A stretch of 64,000 bases of DNA from Bdellovibrionales bacterium (GTDB taxonomy: Bacteria > Bdellovibrionota > Bdellovibrionia > Bdellovibrionales > UBA1609), in the NCBI GenBank assembly GCA_019637855.1, contig JAHBUX010000001.1, positions 145,337-209,336 of the forward strand, read 5' to 3'. A model generated the notes under the pieces. That model was not told the origin of the DNA and did not search any database. It worked only from the letters and a program-made list of their open reading frames with translations. This document shows, piece by piece, positions 45,901 through 53,226 of this stretch. Position 1 is the first letter of the stretch. Each line of letters starts with the position of its first letter. A program made the translations under genes and the position numbers.

Positions 45901-47053
45901 TTCCCGCGGCATCCGTCTGCGCGACGGTCACGTTTTTAGCGCCGTCGCCAGCTGAGAACACGATGTTGGCGTTAAACGCCGAGTTGGCGCAAGTCACATT
46001 CATCGGCGCTTGCAGACCTGCGCCGCTGATCGCGACCGTCAGTCCGTTTTCGCACGTGCCGCTCAAGCTTAAACCCGTACCGCCGATAGTACCTGCCGCC
46101 GGAGCACTGATAGTGACCGCCGGTGCCGTAGTGTCACGGACGAAAGAGCGCTGCACGGAAGCCGTATTGCCCGCGGCATCGGTTTGCGAAACCGTCAGTG
46201 CCTTCGCGCCGTCACCGGCACTCAAGGCCACACTCGTGCTGAATGCCTTGTTCACACAGACCACGCTGCTCATCGCGGCAGCGCCATTTCCAGAGATGTC
46301 CACATTCAGCCCGTTTTCACAGGTTCCCTGCAGATTCACCACACTCTGAACGCTAGTACCTGCGGCGGGCTGACTCAACGTCAACAGTGGCGCGCCGGTA
46401 TCTTTAACCACATTCAATGCTCTTGAGGATTTATTGCCCGCAATATCTGTCTGCGCAAAAGTGATCTGAATGGAGCCATCCGCCGAAGTGAGCGGCAACG
46501 TGGTAGCAAACGCCCCCGCGGTGCAAATCAGAGAGTAGGTCTTTTGCCCCTCAGTCACCTGCACCGGGAGCTCGTTTTCACAAAGGCCTTGGATAATTAC
46601 GCTGGCGCCAGCCGCCGTACCCTCGGCCGGAGTTACCACACTCACAGCCGGACCCACGGTGTCGCGCACGAAAGTGCGGCCACTCGCCAAAGAACGATTC
46701 AAGCGATCGCGCTGATAAACCTGCACCGTCTTCATTCCATCCGGTGCCGTCAAGCTGACCGCCACCGAAAACTTGCCATCGGCGCAGCCCACATCCTGAC
46801 TTTGTTCAATGTCACCCGAAACAGAAACGCTAAGCCCGGCGGCGCAAGCACCTACCAGTTGCAATGAGCCTTGTGTGGGAAGACGATCGGCCGGTTCATC
46901 AATCGCCAATCGCGAATTGCTTCCGATCAAAGAACCGGAGCCGGGATCTACAGAAGAAGCCAGCGTCTTCTGCTCGCTATGGAAGGAACGGCCGCACGCC
47001 ACCAAAAGCATGGTGAACATCACCCACGCGAACATGCACAACAGCCGTCCCAT
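42986..47053 (-). CDS. giant lipoprotein: 12 tandem Ig-like modules followed by a CxxCH cytochrome-c-like domain and a ~180-aa tail
   Basis: ATG 47053 is preceded by GGGGG. Lipobox MLLVAC. Modules have the form ..F(V/N)RD...P...I..PA.G.....L.G.CE.GL.V..SG.......C..G.F......S.GDG.K...V.QTDAAGN. CAICH is at nt 43685-43699. The track's TTG start at 47122 adds 23 unlikely residues. Confidence 0.8.
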   Translation of the reverse strand: MGRLLCMFAWVMFTMLLVACGRSFHSEQKTLASSVDPGSGSLIGSNSRLAIDEPADRLPTQGSLQLVGACAAGLSVSVSGDIEQSQDVGCADGKFSVAVSLTAPDGMKTVQVYQRDRLNRSLASGRTFVRDTVGPAVSVVTPAEGTAAGASVIIQGLCENELPVQVTEGQKTYSLICTAGAFATTLPLTSADGSIQITFAQTDIAGNKSSRALNVVKDTGAPLLTLSQPAAGTSVQSVVNLQGTCENGLNVDISGNGAAAMSSVVCVNKAFSTSVALSAGDGAKALTVSQTDAAGNTASVQRSFVRDTTAPAVTISAPAAGTIGGTGLSLSGTCENGLTVAISGAGLQAPMNVTCANSAFNANIVFSAGDGAKNVTVAQTDAAGNVGTGTRSFVRDSSGPQPTIDAPIAGTAGKDGVTLQGACETGLSVVISGDVNAGSSVNCTSARYSAAIVFSAAEGGKNITITQTDAAGNRGTASRSFIKDSKPPVVTVAQPAEGASVPGTVTVSGACETGLPVNITGSGVSAVSANCANSAYSTTVVFMGGNGAKSITATQTDAAGNSGSVSRNVNAELSGPAVAITAPAADSLFVNTLTVSGTCQNGLAVNFSGSGWQSPANTTCSNGAFSAAITFTSGDGSKNLIASQTNASGQTGSASRSFNRDTTAPAVTINSPAAGTQAQASIRLQGGCENGLSVAIAGTGATATSATCSNGLYDVQVSLSAGDGTKNIRVSQTDLAGNVGSVARDFVRSNTVPVILITSPAAGSAYKTSLQLAGSCISGLTVNIAGAGAAAAASTACSNGMFSVSVNLSSGDGSKALQVSQTDAAGNTGSDTRSFVRDNVAPAPKITAPAANSAVGASLMLSGTCETGLTVTVSGSGITTPGGVTCNNATFATTLTVSAGDGVKSVSVAQTDAAGNSGSDSRSFNRDSTGPALTIASPAADTAAKTGVTITGACENGLAVSFSGTGLKTAGSVTCANGAYSFALVFSDNDGSKAVVVAQTDAAGNSTTLNRSFVRDNVAPMLTINSPAAGTSATTGLTISGGCEGSFNVTASGSGLTSPVTKACAAGAYSVDVAFSNGDGTKTIVLSQTDAAGNTANVSRDFTRTTPAADGSMLYASNCAICHGALATSTKKNRTAVQITAAIGGVSSMSSLSFLSANEITAIATALMGGSQPPPPPPVGAAASQYELALGTRTYMESTMNELFVSGSTADDTKIQGISNSMMFNKVVANGGPCLGYDSSCNSAERDTAPLALASPTGNTMRKGYGTRTCEQILEIDKAVSNVLGKAGLTSASALNTTNLQTLFQTFHPGRSAPDTVLSSLVTVASQAASKGYTALDQWRFVALPLCISSTLDIL
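43718..46906 (-). repeat. in-frame tandem coding repeats, 12 units of about 267 nt (89 aa)
   Basis: Repeat boundaries were read from the translated protein (residues ~73-1135 of the 1378-aa ORF). Each unit keeps two Cys and the QTDAAGN motif. Confidence 0.8.
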
Positions 47054-47156
47054 AAAGCCCCCTAGCACATATAGGATAGGAAACCGGAGGTCTCTCAACC
47101 ATCCACAAATCGAACGGTGCAAATTCGCAATTCTATAATAATATCAATTACTAACC

Positions 47157-47192
47157 GTTTTGAGACAGTTCACAATAAGTTCGTCTCAAAAC
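47157..47192. promoter_or_regulatory. perfect 10-bp inverted repeat in the divergent intergenic region (candidate operator)
   Basis: GTTTTGAGAC(47157-47166)-16 nt-GTCTCAAAAC(47183-47192). TATAAT is at 47134-47139. It sits between the giant lipoprotein gene (-) and the 47343 gene (+). Confidence 0.4.
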
Positions 47193-47342
47193 AAAACAAG
47201 TTTATCAAAAGCGAATAGATCGACGCGGATTCAAGAAACCTTAACTGCGCTTGGCCTAAATCCCAGCAACGCCCGAATCGAAAACTCCCCTAACACTTGC
47301 ATTTTTCCTGACAATCTTCCTATTCTCCGGCGATAGAGGGTC

Positions 47343-48029
47343 ATGAAAATGTTTCTGCCGTGGTTTCGCCGTGCGTCTGTTGAATTGAGTAAAGAAGAGC
47401 AATCTGAGATCCGTGACCTTTGCCTACGGATTTCCAACAAACTGCAAGGCGCCGGTAAATGCACTGAAGCCTTCAGCTCCGACAAACATGAGCTGCCGCG
47501 CGATATCCGTGAGCGTATAGAATTGATGCGGATTTATGATCAGGTTCTCACGGCTCACCTCGAAGAGGGTTCTAAGGATCATCGCAATATGCTGTGGAAA
47601 TTCTTTTCCAAGATGGGCTACGCGCCGACTTCGGATATCTTCGACCGGATCGAAGATGGTGACATTATAGAAGTCTATTCAATGGATCATCAGCAGCTCT
47701 ACCGCAATCTGAATTACTTTGATGTGGTCAGCATGACGGTTGAAGACCTTATCAACCTCAATTGGCAACGCGCCTACAAGCGCAACCGGCGAGTGATGTT
47801 GCACTTGATCGGGCTTATGGTCCGCTTCACAACCGGCACCTTTCATCAAACCTACAATTGCACGCGTATCCCAGTTCACCAGGTACAGGAGATGCTGGCA
47901 AAACGCTATTTGGTCGAATTAAATTTTCGCTATATTTCGCCGCTTAAAAAAAATGGAAAGTGCGTGGCTGTTCTAGTGGGCACGCGCTGCCGGCTTTTGA
48001 AGCCAGAGCGCGTAGCGCCTTCACTGTAG
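47343..48029 (+). CDS. hypothetical cytoplasmic protein (PAS-like segment)
   Basis: 228-aa ORF. The segment DIIEVYSMDHQQLYRNLNYFDVVSMTVEDLINLNW has a PAS-like pattern. No other motif was seen. Confidence 0.5.
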   Translation: MKMFLPWFRRASVELSKEEQSEIRDLCLRISNKLQGAGKCTEAFSSDKHELPRDIRERIELMRIYDQVLTAHLEEGSKDHRNMLWKFFSKMGYAPTSDIFDRIEDGDIIEVYSMDHQQLYRNLNYFDVVSMTVEDLINLNWQRAYKRNRRVMLHLIGLMVRFTTGTFHQTYNCTRIPVHQVQEMLAKRYLVELNFRYISPLKKNGKCVAVLVGTRCRLLKPERVAPSL

Positions 48030-48626
48030 CGAACGACCTGACTCTCGATTCATTGAGGCATTTGGGCCCACTGGCCGATGGCGTCCTTCCAAGATCTCCT
48101 CGGCCACTTTTTTCGTAAAGGCTGGGATATCTTCTGGCTTCCGACTGGTGACAAGACCGTTGTCGGTCACCACCGGCTCATCCACCCACTCTGCCCCCGC
48201 ATTGATCAAATCTGTTTTGAGTGAAGGCCACGAGGTCATGCGGCGGCCAGAGACGATTCCTGCTTCAATCAATGTCCACGGTCCATGACAGATGGCTGCG
48301 ATGACTTTTCCAGCGGAGGCAAAGTCACGTACGAAATCGACCGCTTGCTCATTGGCGCGCAGTTTGTCCGGATTCATCACGCCGCCGGGTAAAACCACGG
48401 CATCGAAATCCGCAGCGCTGCATTCATCGACGGTTTTGTCTACGGGAAGGCTTTTGCCCCAGTCGTTTTTGCTCCATGCTTTAATCTCTCCAGATTTTAA
48501 CGACACAACGGTGATTTCAGCCCCCGCATCCTCAAGAGACTGTTTGGGATCGAAAAGCTCCGACTGCTCGAATCCATCTGTAGCAAGAATGGCGATTTTT
48601 TTACCGTGCAGATCTGCTATGGCCAA
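48021..48626 (-). CDS. DJ-1/PfpI-family protein (type 1 glutamine amidotransferase-like)
   Basis: KIAILATDGFEQSE, nucleophile elbow AAICHGPWTL, DNGLVTSRKPEDIPAF. Confidence 0.85.
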   Translation of the reverse strand: MAIADLHGKKIAILATDGFEQSELFDPKQSLEDAGAEITVVSLKSGEIKAWSKNDWGKSLPVDKTVDECSAADFDAVVLPGGVMNPDKLRANEQAVDFVRDFASAGKVIAAICHGPWTLIEAGIVSGRRMTSWPSLKTDLINAGAEWVDEPVVTDNGLVTSRKPEDIPAFTKKVAEEILEGRHRPVGPNASMNRESGRSLQ

Positions 48627-48690
48627 AATTTCCTCCTTATTAAGGTCACACGCGTGACGCTCGCAAAGGAGTGCAAAATCAAAGCCTGTA

Positions 48691-49407
48691 TTAACGGAAC
48701 ATGGTCTGCCAACCTAAACTCAGTTGGGTGGCTTTCCACATATACATATCGGTGACAGCAAACTGCAGCTGCGAGCGCGGCGTGATCTGCAACGCAAAAA
48801 TTCCACTCAACCCCGCATTGAAACTGCTATCGCGCCCCGGATTGGTGGGGCTTCCCGGGGTCAAACGCCAAGAGATCATGCGGTAAGCAACAGGAAGGCT
48901 GAAGGTCAGAGAGGAAACCACGGATGTGCGGTAATTAAATCCCAGACTACCACCAGCCATAAACCAGGCCTGATTGGCAAAGTTATCGGGAATCGCCGCA
49001 GAATCTCCTTTCCCTTTAATCATCCCCGCACCAACATCCACCGTGTAGAGCATGCTCCAACGCGGACCACGGAAGGGACGATTCCAAACATAGCTCAACA
49101 GAGCGCCTTGCGACTGAGTCTCCATATGGGCGTCGGTGGTTCCGTTGGTCAGTTCAATGGACTCTTGCCAGAATAGGAGTTGCGCACGCCAACCACTCTG
49201 ATTCGGACGACGGCTGCGGCCCGCACTAGGCACCGGCGCAGTGGATGTCGCCGACGTGGAAGGAGAAGACGTCGCGGGTTTTGCCGAACGCTTCGTTTTC
49301 GCCGACGGCTTGGTGGCGGGTTTGGCGGCCGATTCTGAACTTTGCGCGTGGGCATTCATCACCATCAAGGTGCTTGCCAACAAAAACAGACTTAAGCGTA
49401 GGTTCAT
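48691..49407 (-). CDS. probable outer-membrane beta-barrel protein with basic Ser/Thr/Pro/Lys-rich N-terminal linker
   Basis: GGAGTG RBS before ATG 49407 and signal peptide MNLRLSLFLLASTLMVMNAHA. The C-terminal half has alternating beta-strand patterns and ends ..GWQTMFR. Confidence 0.5.
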   Translation of the reverse strand: MNLRLSLFLLASTLMVMNAHAQSSESAAKPATKPSAKTKRSAKPATSSPSTSATSTAPVPSAGRSRRPNQSGWRAQLLFWQESIELTNGTTDAHMETQSQGALLSYVWNRPFRGPRWSMLYTVDVGAGMIKGKGDSAAIPDNFANQAWFMAGGSLGFNYRTSVVSSLTFSLPVAYRMISWRLTPGSPTNPGRDSSFNAGLSGIFALQITPRSQLQFAVTDMYMWKATQLSLGWQTMFR

Positions 49408-49418
49408 ACGCACTCCAC

Positions 49419-50609
49419 TCACAACGACACGTGAATCTGCGCCAGCGCCTGCCAAGTGTCCTTAGACACTTCCGAAGATTCGCTGTACTTCATGAAGTTT
49501 TCGAACTCGATACGAAATTCAACCCGCTGCATGGGGAAAGCGAGCAAGCCGAAACTCGCGACTAAGTTATTGGCTCTTCCCGCCACCATATTGTCCTTGT
49601 AAGCCTGACCCGAAACAAAAATATGGTAGCCGCGCGTGAAACGCTGCATGGCTTCCGAAAAAATATAGTAACCTTGCGTTTTCTCTGTGGACTTCGGTTT
49701 ATCAATAAGTAAACCGCCTTCAAACAAAATGGCGGAGCCATGACCAAGGCCGGAACGCGAAAGCAAACCGATACGTTGATTGGCCACAAACTTATTAGAA
49801 GAAGACAGGGCCGTGAGTCCCAATCGCCAAGCTTCGGCCACTTCAACTTCAGCCAACATAGAAGCGCCCGCTTGTCTTAACTCCGCTTTTTGAAACAAGT
49901 TTCCAGCGAAACCATGGAGTGTAAATTCCCACGTAGGCTTGATGTAATGCAAAGCCAAACCGTGCGCTTGATCGTTCTGATTGAGTCCAACTGCCATCCG
50001 ACTGTAGGCCATGTGATTGGCAATGCGAATGCCATACACCTTGTCCATCATTCCCGCGTACACCCATAAACTATCGGTGGCGGCCCAGCGAAAATAGTGT
50101 TCGCGCGAAATCCACGTCTTGGTGTCGCCAGGATTTCCTTTGAGTCGACGCGGGACTGGAATGTAACCATAGGAACCGACGAAGGTCTTCTTCTGATCGC
50201 GGTCAAAAAAGACCGCAACGTTGGCTTCGGCCTGCATTAATATGGTACGCAACTCACCTTGCGCTCCCGGATTGGGACGAACGGCCATATAGCGGCCTTT
50301 CAATCCGGGACGGATCCACCACGGCATCTGTGCGCTGCCCAGAAACCCAGAGGCTTCGCCAAGTTGCTCATCACTGCGACCAAAAGCAGTTAAGCGCCCA
50401 CCGATTTCACTGGCCCATAGAGCTCGACCATAATCATTTAATGGACCATTGCCCTGTCCATTGTAATGACAGGTCAAACAGGATGCGTACTTATAGCCGA
50501 TAAATTCGGGATAAGCCCAAGCGCTGGCCGAGAAGAGAAGTCCGAAGATGATGCAAAGAATTGGCATTCTTTGCAAAGCGTAGCTACAATCTATAGTTGA
50601 ATCAAACAT
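49419..50609 (-). CDS. exported protein with N-terminal CxxCH motif followed by a beta-rich (barrel-like) domain
   Basis: Signal peptide from Met15 (MPILCIIFGLLFSASAWA; ATG 50567 is the alternative start). CLTCH is at nt 50466-50480, immediately after the predicted cleavage site. About 340 aa of alternating-pattern sequence follows. Confidence 0.55.
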   Translation of the reverse strand: MFDSTIDCSYALQRMPILCIIFGLLFSASAWAYPEFIGYKYASCLTCHYNGQGNGPLNDYGRALWASEIGGRLTAFGRSDEQLGEASGFLGSAQMPWWIRPGLKGRYMAVRPNPGAQGELRTILMQAEANVAVFFDRDQKKTFVGSYGYIPVPRRLKGNPGDTKTWISREHYFRWAATDSLWVYAGMMDKVYGIRIANHMAYSRMAVGLNQNDQAHGLALHYIKPTWEFTLHGFAGNLFQKAELRQAGASMLAEVEVAEAWRLGLTALSSSNKFVANQRIGLLSRSGLGHGSAILFEGGLLIDKPKSTEKTQGYYIFSEAMQRFTRGYHIFVSGQAYKDNMVAGRANNLVASFGLLAFPMQRVEFRIEFENFMKYSESSEVSKDTWQALAQIHVSL

Positions 50610-50626
50610 TGATTTTAGGGGGCATA

Positions 50627-51157
50627 ATGGGTTTACGCGGTTTGCACTCCACGATTCTTTGGACTGTTCTCTGCTGCGGCAGCTATTCTTTCGCCGCCAA
50701 TGTGGAAATCGACGTCACTTTAAGCCCGGCCGGCAGTTACAAAGCCACCACAAAAAAAGTCACGGGCAGCGCATGGAAAACAGCTGACGGCGGTGTTGCG
50801 GCAGAAAATGTGGCGATCGACATGCGCACTCTGTCCACCGGAATCGGTCTGCGCGATAAACATACCAAAGAACATTTGATGGTAGGTAAGTTCCCGCAAG
50901 CCAAATTGGTTAAAGCCAGCGGCAAAGACGGTAAAGGTACCGCCACTATCGAAATCAAAGGCATGAAGGTCGACGTGGCCGGCACTTACAAAGTCGACGG
51001 CAACACACTGCATGCAGAATTCCCCATGCAGCTTTCTAACCTTGAGATTAAAGATGTGCGTTACATGGGTGTCGGCGTTAAAGACACTGTGAAAGTGCAC
51101 TTGGAGATTCCGCTCACGGACGCTCCTCAACGAGCAGCCGCTTCGGCCAAAAAATAG
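50627..51157 (+). CDS. YceI-family periplasmic protein
   Basis: AGGGGG RBS before ATG 50627 and a signal peptide. YceI-type motif MRTLSTGIGLRDKHTKEHL and FPQAKL. Confidence 0.75.
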   Translation: MGLRGLHSTILWTVLCCGSYSFAANVEIDVTLSPAGSYKATTKKVTGSAWKTADGGVAAENVAIDMRTLSTGIGLRDKHTKEHLMVGKFPQAKLVKASGKDGKGTATIEIKGMKVDVAGTYKVDGNTLHAEFPMQLSNLEIKDVRYMGVGVKDTVKVHLEIPLTDAPQRAAASAKK

Positions 51158-51166
51158 AGAGTAGCT

Positions 51167-51541
51167 GTGAAGTTCCTAGGTGCGGTTGTGCTGACAGTTT
51201 TGCTGGTCAACGCTTCGGGCTGCGTGCAGACCGAAAATTCGAGCGCGCTCGACGGCAGTCGATATGACGATATTGGCGGCAGCGCCGCCTTTATCGCCGC
51301 GCGCACCATCATCACCAACAATTGCACGGCCAGCGGTTGCCATCCGGATATGGCTGCTGCCACCGAAGACGACTATATTTCCGCCAATCGCTTGGTTCCC
51401 GGTAACCCTGAAGGCTCAACAATCTACAATTATCTGCAAGGAAGTACGGGCAGTGGGCCAAAGAGCATGCCGAAGAACGCCTCCGCACTTAGCAGTGCGG
51501 ATATCTTAACGATTCGTGATTGGGTGCAGAACGCTCAATAA
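51167..51541 (+). CDS. small lipoprotein with PSCyt-like cytochrome-c-type domain carrying a CX4CH motif
   Basis: Lipobox LVNASGC. CTASGCH at nt 51323-51343. The downstream LVPGNPEGSTIYNYLQG....MPKNASALSSADILTIRDWVQNA matches the planctomycete-cytochrome-C-domain pattern. Confidence 0.55.
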   Translation: MKFLGAVVLTVLLVNASGCVQTENSSALDGSRYDDIGGSAAFIAARTIITNNCTASGCHPDMAAATEDDYISANRLVPGNPEGSTIYNYLQGSTGSGPKSMPKNASALSSADILTIRDWVQNAQ

Positions 51542-51551
51542 CCTTTGAATG

Positions 51552-52610
51552 TTAAAGCTGCCAGTGCAAGAGCAGACGGCCCGCCCACTCATCACGCAAC
51601 ACAACAGACTGCTCATCAATCAAACGCTCGGCTCTAAGTAAGAGCATCGGCGCCAGTTGCATCTGCACAAACGCTAAACGGGAGTTTTCACGCGGCAAAC
51701 TCGTACTATTTGTGGCTGTTACTAAGCGAGCTGAGGCCTCGCTAAAACGATAGCCTGCCGCCAAGCGCCAGAAATCCACTTGGCCCACCAACAAATAACC
51801 ATTCGTCCGCTCATCCGGGCCACTACGCTGAATCTGCTCGATCTGCCAAAACTCACCGGTCACACTGCCTTTGAGCAGACCGAACCATTGCGGTGTTCGG
51901 AATTCTCCACCAAATCCGTAAGCGCGCAGTGGATCGTAAAAAGCCAGGTCGTGCTCGAAGTACGTGAGAAAAACATCGTGATGTTCAGAATGACTTTTTA
52001 AGCTGGCCACACGCGGAGCTTTTTCCGGCTCACCCAAACGCGCATCTTGCTCTCGCACCATTTGGCCCGAGAACACACCGCCTTCAATCATCAGCCAAGC
52101 ATTGCCAAGCGGTTGCACGCGAGCAACCACGCCCAGATCGATAGGCTTCGCACCGCCAACCAGCTTATCCATAAAGGGAGGATTGGCGGTAAACCAATGT
52201 TCGCGCGGCAAGGTCAACCCGATCGGCAGAAACTGTTGCCCGGCCAGCACTTGCAAGCGCTCCTCCCAAGCCTCGCCTTTGACGTAAGCTTGCTTTACGA
52301 AAAATGTCGATTCGTCATGAAGCTGCTCAACGCTTAGCTCGAGCTCGGCTGAGAAGTGTGAATCAAAACGATAACCGCCACCGACGGAAAGTTCGTGCAG
52401 ACTTTGCCGATTGCGCGTTTGCGGCCGATCGCGACGTTCATCGTTCGTAGCGCGCAGTTCAGCAGTTAAGTCGAACGACCACGGTTTGCCTGAATGCTCG
52501 ACTTCATCTTCTGACTTCACATTCAAATAAGACTGTGACTCTTGCGCACGAGCGACACTCGCCAGTGTCAGTCCCGTCAGAAAAAATGCCAGCCATGGAC
52601 TAATGCGCAT
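51552..52610 (-). CDS. probable outer-membrane porin-like beta-barrel protein
   Basis: GTGAGG RBS before ATG 52610 and signal peptide MRISPWLAFFLTGLTLASVARAQ. Alternating beta patterns throughout, ending ..LLLHWQL. Confidence 0.5.
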   Translation of the reverse strand: MRISPWLAFFLTGLTLASVARAQESQSYLNVKSEDEVEHSGKPWSFDLTAELRATNDERRDRPQTRNRQSLHELSVGGGYRFDSHFSAELELSVEQLHDESTFFVKQAYVKGEAWEERLQVLAGQQFLPIGLTLPREHWFTANPPFMDKLVGGAKPIDLGVVARVQPLGNAWLMIEGGVFSGQMVREQDARLGEPEKAPRVASLKSHSEHHDVFLTYFEHDLAFYDPLRAYGFGGEFRTPQWFGLLKGSVTGEFWQIEQIQRSGPDERTNGYLLVGQVDFWRLAAGYRFSEASARLVTATNSTSLPRENSRLAFVQMQLAPMLLLRAERLIDEQSVVLRDEWAGRLLLHWQL

Positions 52611-53226
52611 AGGGGGCCTCACCATAAATCTTCAACATGCGTGTGTTGGCGAACTCCACACCCCACAAAACACCACGACCATGAGTTTGAAAAATCAGCT
52701 TCTCGGCCTGAGAGTCGAAATCCGCATTGGCCGCGGAAATAAATGGACGTGGTTGCTCGATTTCGCCTTGCAGACTTTGCGTCGCCTTCCACACCAAAAC
52801 GCGGGGACCACCGGCGCCACTGTTGTGCACTTCGAGGCGCAGACGCAAGCGACCATCAAGGCCCATCCAATCCGCCGGAAGATCAAACGTCTTCTCTGCC
52901 AGATCGGGCGCCGAAATTCCCATGCTCAGTTTATCGCCGTCGCGGGTGAAGCGGATCCGCATCCCATCACGCCAGGCAAAGCCATTGAAGTGTGAATGCA
53001 GCGTGAAACTCGCCTGCGGCTGCAAGAACTGAGCTTCGATCACGAAGTGTTCGCGTGAGGTCAAGCCACGCAAAGGACGAATGAACTGCCATTGCCCGGC
53101 CGCTGAGATATTGCGCTCGTCGGTCCGCACGTGTGGCTCAACGTCAGGACTTAACGCCTTAGTCGAAGGCTTCATTCCGCAAGCGCAAATGAATAAGAAA
53201 GACAGAATCCACAAACTATTGCGCAT
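52600..53226 (-). CDS. lipoprotein, unknown function
   Basis: MRNSLWILSFLFICACG lipobox-like signal and 208 aa of beta-rich sequence. It overlaps both neighbours by 11 nt. Confidence 0.55.
   Translation of the reverse strand: MRNSLWILSFLFICACGMKPSTKALSPDVEPHVRTDERNISAAGQWQFIRPLRGLTSREHFVIEAQFLQPQASFTLHSHFNGFAWRDGMRIRFTRDGDKLSMGISAPDLAEKTFDLPADWMGLDGRLRLRLEVHNSGAGGPRVLVWKATQSLQGEIEQPRPFISAANADFDSQAEKLIFQTHGRGVLWGVEFANTRMLKIYGEAPYAH

Noticed and set aside
43685-46426. Multiple long plus-strand ORFs (249, 227, 182, 113 aa and others) antisense to the giant lipoprotein gene.
   Set aside because: These are typical shadow ORFs of a GC-rich repetitive gene. Their Arg/Ala/Gly-rich products have no starts with an RBS. 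The minus-strand frame carries coherent repeat, lipobox and CxxCH features.
43718-46906. Whether the periodic repeats could be a CRISPR array or a non-coding satellite.
   Set aside because: The period is ~267 nt, in frame, within one uninterrupted ORF, and the units diverge like protein domains. There is no short repeat/spacer structure. No CRISPR-like array was seen anywhere in the window.
47054-47122. The TTG start at 47122 for the giant protein. Similar alternative-codon starts in the track are at 41602, 43040, 50597, 54595, 59456, 63099 and 63150.
   Set aside because: In each case an internal ATG preceded by a purine-rich RBS gives a canonical signal peptide or lipobox, or removes an overlap with the neighbouring gene.
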